Virus record (IMG/VR): IMGVR_UViG_3300020161_000045
Coordinates: 1-24,334 of that record
DNA from: a virus
Taxonomy: Duplodnaviria > Caudoviricetes
DNA length: 24,334 nucleotides
Direction: 5' to 3' (one strand)
Shown piece after piece: positions 16,836 to 24,334 of this stretch. Position 1 is the stretch's first letter, and each line of letters begins with the position of its first letter. Under the pieces are notes generated by a model. The model worked only from the letters and a program-made list of their open reading frames with translations, was not told the origin of the DNA and did not search any database. A program made the position numbers and the translations under genes.

Positions 16836-18392
16836 TTATTGTTGAGATCGACCTTCACCCTGTGGATTTCTCCCAGTAGTGGTTGAGGTTGAGTCAGACG
16901 CATTGTTAGTTCTTTCTTGGTCTCTATTTCTATTTCCAGTAGATTGGGCTACCTGCTCAGCCCTTGCCTGTGCTCCTAAAACAATTGGTTCAGAGCCTCC
17001 TGGTCTAACTGGATAGTTCAATCTTTCACGAACTTCATTTGGGACAAGAACCTGCATACGCAAGTATCTCTCATCTATTTGACTTTGAGTTTGCTCATCT
17101 GTCAATGTTAGTTCGTTAAATTTAAGGGAAAGCATATCTGTCTTTTCTTTAACAATCTTGTTAATAGTTTTTTCTAGATTTCTTTGTGCTGGTCTTGCAA
17201 CCTGCTCCTTAAATGTTCTATCTGCCACCAATGCTGATGCGATAGAAATTCCTGCACCACCGCCAACCTTTGAATATGGAACTTGGTGAGCCATTAAGAT
17301 ATCATCACGGTTTGCTTTGCGATATCTATCAAATGATCCATCTTGAATGCCATTCTCAATAGGTTCTAATTTAAAGTCTACTTTGTTATCTGGTCCATCT
17401 CCAGGAAGAGGGATGTAAAGAGTTCTATGGTTTTGACCCTTTAATCCTGCTTGCATAAATCTAAAGAATTTATCCTCTGCATCTGAACTAAGTTTGGCAC
17501 CTTTAACTATTGCAATGTATCTAGGAACTGCTTTATTTTCGAAATAGTCAACATTGTACTTGGCTGCAAGTTCATTTCCAACCATAGATGTTGCTGATGC
17601 TACTGTATCTGGAACTCCATAATATGAGTTCTTTGGGGAATACTTTTTAATATGGATTAGTTCGTTTGGTCTATTGTCATTTGTTACAGGGTTAATATTT
17701 TTTTGTTCTTGAAAGTTTCTAAAATATACTACCTTTTGATTTACTATTTGAATATACCCGTCACGCATACGGCGTACACGAATTGTAGTTGCTGGGATAT
17801 GACCAATATAGCCAATATCTCCATTTACTTTTCTACCAATTTCAATGTAACCATTTCCTACTGTTTCAACATCTGTATATACTTTTTCTAATACGTGAGT
17901 AAAAGTGTCTTCATCATTTAAACTTTCTACCCAGTCTGTTAAATCTGCTTTTGCTCTTTGAATTTTTCTTTGTGCTCTCATTAGAGACATGTCATCTGGT
18001 GCCTCTTCTAATTTAGCAACCGTAGAATCTGTCATGTTAAATGAATATCCAAGACCTACAATATTAGCAACCTTTGCTTGAATAGCAGCATGGTTTGCAA
18101 ATGAGTTTTCATAAAAGTAAGCCAGTTCATCTAAATTGTATGGTGGTAGAACAACATCAAAAAGACCATAGGCAGTAACCATGTCCATCTCTGGAAATAG
18201 TTGTTTTGATCTAGTATCATCAACACCCATAAATGCTTTACTTACTGTTCTAGAAATTTTACGTTTAAAGTTTTGATGTATGCCATCATAAGACTTAATA
18301 AGTTCTCCATCAATATTAAATGGATCTATCTTTTCTTTTTTTTCTACTTTATCAAGATTATCAATCTTGGCTATTGATCCGTTATCTTCCAT
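16836..18392 (-). CDS. Portal protein (HK97/PBSX-like)
   Basis: 518 aa with GNGYIEI, NELIHIKKYSPKNSYYGVP, YFENKAVP, ILMAHQVP and PNEVRERL motifs. Lies upstream of protease and capsid. Confidence 0.92.
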   Translation of the reverse strand: MEDNGSIAKIDNLDKVEKKEKIDPFNIDGELIKSYDGIHQNFKRKISRTVSKAFMGVDDTRSKQLFPEMDMVTAYGLFDVVLPPYNLDELAYFYENSFANHAAIQAKVANIVGLGYSFNMTDSTVAKLEEAPDDMSLMRAQRKIQRAKADLTDWVESLNDEDTFTHVLEKVYTDVETVGNGYIEIGRKVNGDIGYIGHIPATTIRVRRMRDGYIQIVNQKVVYFRNFQEQKNINPVTNDNRPNELIHIKKYSPKNSYYGVPDTVASATSMVGNELAAKYNVDYFENKAVPRYIAIVKGAKLSSDAEDKFFRFMQAGLKGQNHRTLYIPLPGDGPDNKVDFKLEPIENGIQDGSFDRYRKANRDDILMAHQVPYSKVGGGAGISIASALVADRTFKEQVARPAQRNLEKTINKIVKEKTDMLSLKFNELTLTDEQTQSQIDERYLRMQVLVPNEVRERLNYPVRPGGSEPIVLGAQARAEQVAQSTGNRNRDQERTNNASDSTSTTTGRNPQGEGRSQQ

Positions 18393-18747
18393 GTTTTCTC
18401 ATTCCTTCTTGGGCAAGCATCCATGCTCCAATATCTGTTTCGCTAGGAATTAATCCTTCTTTCATTCTTTCAATTTGATTTTCGTGTTCTTGATCAGAAA
18501 TTCTATTGACTCCAGCCATAAACTGAACTTTTCCTGGTGGTGCATTGTAGTGTTCAGCAGCCTGTCTTATTTTTGACATTTTTTCTAAGTCATATGGTCT
18601 ACCAGGTACATTCATAATGTTACCATTGCCATCACCAAAAGGCTTGTTGTCTAGGTCACACATCCATACATATATGCCCCAGTCTGATTGTTTTTCTATT
18701 ACAGTTATTCTTGGCTTACCATTATTTTTTAATTTTCTTGGATTCAT
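18382..18747 (-). CDS. Hypothetical protein, probably co-transcribed with the portal
   Basis: 121-aa ORF filling the gap, overlapping the portal start by 11 nt, with its own promoter. Confidence 0.8.
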   Translation of the reverse strand: MNPRKLKNNGKPRITVIEKQSDWGIYVWMCDLDNKPFGDGNGNIMNVPGRPYDLEKMSKIRQAAEHYNAPPGKVQFMAGVNRISDQEHENQIERMKEGLIPSETDIGAWMLAQEGMRKHGR

Positions 18748-18754
18748 GTCAACA

Positions 18755-18763
18755 AGTATACCA
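18755..18763 (-). promoter_or_regulatory. Extended -10 promoter (TGGTATACT) giving a probable leaderless mRNA
   Basis: TATACT lies exactly 7 nt before ATG 18747, with no SD. Confidence 0.7.
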
Positions 18764-18765
18764 CA

Positions 18766-21700
18766 TTATACTGGTTTGACAATAATTGTGTCCCACACTA
18801 CGTCAGAAATTAAATCAACACCGTCAGAATTTAACTCTACTACAGCATTATCTTCTGAAACTATGCTTGAATTGCCCAGATAAGATGACATTATTGCATT
18901 TCCATCTATTGTATATGTTATATAGTTAGTTAAAGAGTATACAGAAGACCAGTTTAATGGAAGCCAATCTTCCCATTGATACTGAATGTATACTGAGCCA
19001 TCTTCTGTTATAACCTCTGCTGTTCTTATATCTTGCCAAGATCTTGCATCAACACTTTGTCCAAGTATGTCAGTTGATTTTTCATATATAGCAAAGTTAT
19101 TATATAGGAATCCTTCGTAAAATTCTAACTGCCCAGATGTTGCATTTAATATAATTGTGTCTCCAAAGGAAACTATAATAGACGTCCAGACAAGTGGCTC
19201 CACTATTGGGTTTTTAATAATTTGTCCATTTTGATAAAATACTGTAACTGGATTTTCTAAGCCAGTCTCTGAGTCAAAGACTCTTACTAGTCCACGCTTT
19301 CCATCATCTATTGGTTCTAAATAAAAATCATATGATCTATCTTGTGTTGATACCCTTGCTATTTTTTTAACAGAATCAATAGTTAAATCTTTATTGTACA
19401 TACCCCAAAATTGGAATCCACCTAGTGAATAGTCTTGAACTTTTTTAGAATTTATAGGTATAGAAATACCTCTTGTACTATTTGAAGGGTATGGCAAAAT
19501 TGATATTCCAGAATCTGAAGTTAAATATAGATAAGGGGTAGAGTCTTTATATATGAAAAATGGGTTCTTTTCTTTATAAGAATATGATCTTTCGTATCTG
19601 GTTATAGGGTATATCTTATTTCCAGTCCTAGTGTTTATTTCAAAGAAGTTGTTTTCATCAGATACTATTGAGGATAGGCTCATTCTTTTAATTCTAATAG
19701 GTTTTGTATTTACCCCCTTTGATTTTATTTCTAAATGTATGTTTATATAATAGTTTGAAAAGTTTACTAGTTCTTTAGGTGGAAATATTATTGTGCCATC
19801 GGCTATCTCAAATTTTGTATTAATAACATCTACAGTATTGTCAAAATCAATAACCTTAGTAGAAGATAGTTTCTCTATATTTGAATAATTTGAGTATGAT
19901 ACAAGTCCTACCTCGTCTATATTTTGAAGTGTCATATAGGCTTTAACATTTATATCATCATAGTAAGAAGGGCTTGAAGATGGATCTGTAAGAATTTGAG
20001 AAGGGTATTCTAGGTTAAATTGAATCATGTCTAGATCATAGTATTCTAATCCACTTTTATCTTTTACTATTTTTCCAAAATAAGATAATGGAAGAGAGTC
20101 TTCCCAATACCCTGCAGAACTAACATCTAGGATCAAAGAAGAAGAGTCTACTACTGGCTTAAGGGTATAGTTTCCAACATAAGTAAAATATTCTGATGGG
20201 GCTCCAGGATTAGCAAATCCATTAAAATCAAAATATGAACCCATATCTTTTTGATTAAAAAAACTATTGTTAAATGTTAAACTATAAAATTTTCCTAGAA
20301 ATGTAGAGGTAGAGTATCCCATAAAACTTAATGATATGTTTTTTGGATTAGAGAAAAAATTTCCTATAATATTAGAATAGTTAATGTTTAGTTTGTCAAT
20401 ATCTATTCCTGCAGAAAATTTAGAACTTGCTGAAACTGATTCAGTATTTAACAATATATCGTTATATAAGTATTTTAATCCACTTGAGTCTATAGTTATC
20501 TTTAAGTTATTATTATTTAAAGAATTGTAAAAATACATAAGGGTTTGAGGTGTAGCATCTAAAGTTGTTGGGGCTTCAAATACTCCATGTATAGATGACA
20601 CTCTATCTGATATTGGATTTATTGAGTCAAACTCCAAAGACCCATCTATATTAACGTATGCATTGTTTGGTCTAATTTTTAAAAATGGATAATCTACATT
20701 ATTTTGAATTAAAAAGTTGTCTGTATATATGTCTGAAACTTCTTCTGTAATTACACCAGTCCATGACTGCGATATCCAGTTTATCCAATCTTGTTGATTA
20801 AACTCAGTCCATGTTCTTGGATTTGCAGATGATGTAAAAACTGTTCCCTCTCCAAGAAATCTAAAATTTGGAAGTACATATTCTTTAAGACCTATATATT
20901 TTGAATTAGAATCTAAATTGTTAAAATATCCAGAATTCCATGGATTCATATCTGGATAATTTATTGTAGACGCATAATTGGCAAATGGAAAATCAATAGG
21001 TAAAAACTCTCCTAAAAAGTTATTAGACACTGCTTCAATATTTTGAACTCCTTGTGCATAAATAAATCTTCTTTTTGCAACTTGATCTGGAACAACATAT
21101 GGATATATTGCTAAACAATCTATCTCAAAAGGCCTTATATCCTCATTTCCATAAAAACCTATCCAGTCATAATTGTTTCTTGCAAAGTTAATATTTGATA
21201 TATCTATGTCTAACTCAATAACAACATCTCCATTTATTAAGACGCTAACTAAATTAGGAGTATACCTAATATCAATAAGCATTGGTCTATACCACTTACC
21301 TACAAAATAAGACTTGCTATATTTTCCAACTTTTAAAGTTAAAAATTCATAATCAACATACAATCCATCTTTTGATGATAATGGCCCAAATATTCTTGTT
21401 TCGTTAGTTAAACTTGGATTAAGTCTTATCCAAAATTCTGCAGTTATATTTGAATATTGTCCATTTTTATTTAAAAATCCTTTACCTGGAAAAATTGCAG
21501 CAGGCATTTGTGGAGTAACTGGTGCCACTATCTCGGTTATGTTTCCAGCACCATATATCATTGGCAAGTTATTATTATGAGCAAGCATTCTATTTCCATC
21601 TATAACAAAATATCCAGTGTCTGAATCATTAAAACCATAGGCATCTACTGGAAAAATTTTAACTGGAACGTCTGGAATTAAATCAGTAATATCATTAATT

Positions 21701-22311
21701 TGTAAAAGAGAGCCTAGAGTTCCAGAACTTATGCCTGTGTATAATTCAGGCCAGTGTCCTACTGAAACTCCGTTAATCATTACGTCATAATCTGGAAGAG
21801 ATCCTCCAGGAAGATAATTAATCTTTATAAATGGCCTAGCGTTTGTTATTCCAGATGGTATTGTTGACCTATATTCAAATTTTTGCCATGATCCTAATCC
21901 AGCGGAATTATAAATTGTTTTATCTACACTTCCATTAGAATATATAAATCCTATTTCATAATTATCTATTAAATCTCCATAGGCGTAGGCAAATGCTGTT
22001 ACTGATATTGTTTCTTTTTCTGAATCAAAAGAAGATACTGGTATTGCTGCTGGTCTTATCTCTGTATAAGATACACTTGCAGATGAAGTTTTTCTTAATA
22101 CACCCTTTGGCTCTTGACGTAGTGGAATAGCCCTAGGTGAAATATATGAGTTTGTCCATTCTCCGTGACCATTAATTATTGTCCAGTTTTCTACATCTAT
22201 AGTTTCTGGAGACAAAAGAGAATAAAAATATGCTTCATCATCTAATGACCATAGTGCTATTGGATGTTCTGCAAATACTCTAGAAGCATAAAGATTAGAG
22301 AAATTGTACAT
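18766..22311 (-). CDS. Large beta-rich protein with LamG/ConA-like and carbohydrate-binding-like domains; probable virion protein
   Basis: 1181 aa. N-terminal YASRVFAEHPIALWSLDD; ITAEFWIR...VSVLINGDVV (LamG-like); WQKFEYRSTIPSGITNARPFI (CBM-like). Function is inferred. Confidence 0.6.
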   Translation of the reverse strand: MYNFSNLYASRVFAEHPIALWSLDDEAYFYSLLSPETIDVENWTIINGHGEWTNSYISPRAIPLRQEPKGVLRKTSSASVSYTEIRPAAIPVSSFDSEKETISVTAFAYAYGDLIDNYEIGFIYSNGSVDKTIYNSAGLGSWQKFEYRSTIPSGITNARPFIKINYLPGGSLPDYDVMINGVSVGHWPELYTGISSGTLGSLLQINDITDLIPDVPVKIFPVDAYGFNDSDTGYFVIDGNRMLAHNNNLPMIYGAGNITEIVAPVTPQMPAAIFPGKGFLNKNGQYSNITAEFWIRLNPSLTNETRIFGPLSSKDGLYVDYEFLTLKVGKYSKSYFVGKWYRPMLIDIRYTPNLVSVLINGDVVIELDIDISNINFARNNYDWIGFYGNEDIRPFEIDCLAIYPYVVPDQVAKRRFIYAQGVQNIEAVSNNFLGEFLPIDFPFANYASTINYPDMNPWNSGYFNNLDSNSKYIGLKEYVLPNFRFLGEGTVFTSSANPRTWTEFNQQDWINWISQSWTGVITEEVSDIYTDNFLIQNNVDYPFLKIRPNNAYVNIDGSLEFDSINPISDRVSSIHGVFEAPTTLDATPQTLMYFYNSLNNNNLKITIDSSGLKYLYNDILLNTESVSASSKFSAGIDIDKLNINYSNIIGNFFSNPKNISLSFMGYSTSTFLGKFYSLTFNNSFFNQKDMGSYFDFNGFANPGAPSEYFTYVGNYTLKPVVDSSSLILDVSSAGYWEDSLPLSYFGKIVKDKSGLEYYDLDMIQFNLEYPSQILTDPSSSPSYYDDINVKAYMTLQNIDEVGLVSYSNYSNIEKLSSTKVIDFDNTVDVINTKFEIADGTIIFPPKELVNFSNYYINIHLEIKSKGVNTKPIRIKRMSLSSIVSDENNFFEINTRTGNKIYPITRYERSYSYKEKNPFFIYKDSTPYLYLTSDSGISILPYPSNSTRGISIPINSKKVQDYSLGGFQFWGMYNKDLTIDSVKKIARVSTQDRSYDFYLEPIDDGKRGLVRVFDSETGLENPVTVFYQNGQIIKNPIVEPLVWTSIIVSFGDTIILNATSGQLEFYEGFLYNNFAIYEKSTDILGQSVDARSWQDIRTAEVITEDGSVYIQYQWEDWLPLNWSSVYSLTNYITYTIDGNAIMSSYLGNSSIVSEDNAVVELNSDGVDLISDVVWDTIIVKPV

Positions 22312-22326
22312 TTTGACCTCTAGTCT

Positions 22327-22335
22327 ATTTTAGCA
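22327..22335 (-). promoter_or_regulatory. Extended -10 promoter (TGCTAAAAT)
   Basis: Lies in the 29-bp gap between nrdJ and the 1181-aa gene, followed by GAGGT and ATG. Confidence 0.6.
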
Positions 22336-22340
22336 TGTTG

Positions 22341-24281
22341 CTATTTGGTAATATCAACTATTTCGCATACCCCAGCAACACATGCAAGTTCTTGCGTTCC
22401 AGTGGTTCCGTCTTCTTTTTCGTAAATTGAAAGCATTTCCCATTGAATATTTGAAGGAGACTTCTTTACCCATTCTTCATACTCATCTTTAGAAATTTCT
22501 TGATATGGGGCTTGCTTATAAGTATGTTCACTCGCTGGTAAGAAAGATACACCACCAATTGAATCAAAGTTATCAAAAACCCATGCACCTACTCTTAGCC
22601 ATTCATTTTCGTGGACATTAATCGTAACGCTAGGGTTATGCTCTGTCCAGTAAGTTCTATAAATCTTCCACATTTCCAAATGATCTATGGCTGTTAAATC
22701 TTTTGTTATTATTGCATTCTTTGGAGCCTTTTGAGGAAAGTAAAATACTGTTGTTTCATCAGGCTTCATTACATCTGGTTCATTTGGAACTCCTGAATCT
22801 TTTAAGAATTGTGTCAATGGATCATTGTTTGACCCACGAACGCTTCTAATATAGTATTCTGAATACCACGGATGAATTCCGCTAGACACCCCGACCAGTT
22901 GACTTACAGTGCCAGAAGGCTTAACACAAGTAATTGATACAGAAGGGTTTATATTTAATTTCTTTGCTTCGTGATCATTAACCCTAACTGATTCTAGTCT
23001 CATATCAGTCAACAACTGCTCTAATGCTTTACCTGCTGTTGAAGTTATCTTGTTACCGTATATTCCAGTTAAAGACACTCCTAGCAATCTTTCTTCTTCA
23101 CAATTATCTTTCCATGTTTTACGAAGATATTTAAAATTAGTTAATGTTGATTGCCAAGTTCCAAGAATTGTAGCAAGTTTAACTTTTTCCATTAAATCTT
23201 CTCTTGTATCTTCTGCAGAAATAACTACCTCTGTTAAATTACAAAATTCATTAGGACGAAGTATGATTTCTCCACAAGGATTTGTTCCAGAAACTAAAGA
23301 AGCATCTCTTCTTCCAAACGATTCTACGTGCTTACGCACTGAGTCAATATTATAAATTCCTCTTTCTCCAGATTTTGATTCATAGAGATTTCTCCATTCA
23401 CGCAAGAATTGTGCAGTGTTTGGCTTGGCATTATAAACTGCTGAGTTATTTGCCAAAGATCTTTGTGCTTGAGTTTCCCACCAAGATCCACTCTTTGCTT
23501 TTGCCATTTCAAAATCATCAAGATTAGAAAGACTTATCAAGGCACTACGGCGTACTCCACCAACTACAACTACTTCTCCAACCTTACACATTAAGTCATG
23601 TGCTTCAATTGGTTTTAATCTACGGCCTGCAGCGTTTCTAAAAGTATCTGTTGTGAATGTAAATAATGCACTAAGCGGTCCAGGTCCAGAAGCACGTCCA
23701 CCAAAAGTTTTTAGTCTTGCTCCAGCAGGACGTACTTTTGACATATCCCATTCTGGAATTTGACCTTGTGATAATAATGCAATTAATTCTTTAAATGCTT
23801 TTGCCCATCCAAGTTTAGAATCTTCTACAACAATGGTTGTTGCTGTTTGATTAAATGATTCTGAAATTATTGGAAGTTCATCAACATATTTTGATTCTAC
23901 AGAAAATCCTACCCCAGTACCATTCATTAATACATACATCGCTTCATCAAAAGCACGTAGACTATCTACTGCAATAAAAGAACAATTGTATGCTGCAATG
24001 TGGTCACGCTCTAGGGCTGGACCTGCTGTCATCAATGCTCTCATTGAAGGCATAATTTTATGATTTAAGATTGATTCTTTAACTTCGTCAAAAATTTTAG
24101 CATTTGGACTATAACCATAGTTTAAGACCAGATGATCCTTCATAAAGTTTATATATCGTTCTACTGTTTCTACCCAGGTTTCCCTACGGTTTTTGCTTTC
24201 TATCCACCTTGCATATCTTGAGATATGAATAAAGTTTTTGTATGGATCTGTAATTGACCCGTTTTCGTTAATAAATGACAT
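22341..24281 (-). CDS. nrdJ: Class II adenosylcobalamin-dependent ribonucleotide reductase (monomeric RTPR type)
   Basis: 646 aa with PSMRALMTAG, YNCSF, TNPCGEI (thiyl radical Cys), FCNLTEV, TCVKPSGT and C-terminal CVAGVC redox pair. SD CAGGAG. No intein-sized insert and no evident ATP cone. Confidence 0.93.
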   Translation of the reverse strand: MSFINENGSITDPYKNFIHISRYARWIESKNRRETWVETVERYINFMKDHLVLNYGYSPNAKIFDEVKESILNHKIMPSMRALMTAGPALERDHIAAYNCSFIAVDSLRAFDEAMYVLMNGTGVGFSVESKYVDELPIISESFNQTATTIVVEDSKLGWAKAFKELIALLSQGQIPEWDMSKVRPAGARLKTFGGRASGPGPLSALFTFTTDTFRNAAGRRLKPIEAHDLMCKVGEVVVVGGVRRSALISLSNLDDFEMAKAKSGSWWETQAQRSLANNSAVYNAKPNTAQFLREWRNLYESKSGERGIYNIDSVRKHVESFGRRDASLVSGTNPCGEIILRPNEFCNLTEVVISAEDTREDLMEKVKLATILGTWQSTLTNFKYLRKTWKDNCEEERLLGVSLTGIYGNKITSTAGKALEQLLTDMRLESVRVNDHEAKKLNINPSVSITCVKPSGTVSQLVGVSSGIHPWYSEYYIRSVRGSNNDPLTQFLKDSGVPNEPDVMKPDETTVFYFPQKAPKNAIITKDLTAIDHLEMWKIYRTYWTEHNPSVTINVHENEWLRVGAWVFDNFDSIGGVSFLPASEHTYKQAPYQEISKDEYEEWVKKSPSNIQWEMLSIYEKEDGTTGTQELACVAGVCEIVDITK

Positions 24282-24334
24282 TAGTAATACAACTCCTGAT
24301 TGTTTGATTTGTGAGATAATAGTATTCTACACTA

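Noticed and set aside
4877-23527. Remaining short plus-strand ORFs and 23324..23521 (-)
   Set aside because: All overlap well-supported minus-strand genes and show no recognisable motifs.
1-24334. Recoded stop codons, introns, inteins or tRNAs
   Set aside because: Genes are intact and densely packed in the standard code. Intergenic gaps are under 90 bp and are explained by promoters and terminators.

Overview
Virion-morphogenesis region of an AT-rich (about one-third GC by eye) long-tailed dsDNA phage of siphovirus type. All genes are on the minus strand. In transcription order: B12-dependent class II ribonucleotide reductase (nrdJ), a 1181-aa LamG/lectin-like protein, a 121-aa hypothetical, portal, prohead protease with a nested scaffold, HK97-fold major capsid, head-tail connector, head closure, tail terminator, major tail protein, tail assembly chaperone with a -1 frameshift extension, 2070-aa tape measure, distal-tail-like protein, and a >1380-aa baseplate hub/tail-tip protein that runs off the left edge and is absent from the ORF track. 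No terminase is in the window. The module is split by extended -10 promoters (one leaderless) and by terminators after the capsid and major tail genes. The most unusual signals are non-coding. The 5' leader of the major-tail mRNA is antisense to a hairpin loop just upstream of the capsid RBS. Its 3' trailer is antisense to the near-identical starts of the chaperone and distal-tail genes. Together these suggest a possible RNA-RNA (or operator) circuit coordinating head and tail gene expression. AGCT (and apparently CCGG and GCGC) was not found in a manual scan. Product calls rest on remembered motifs and gene order; no database search was run.
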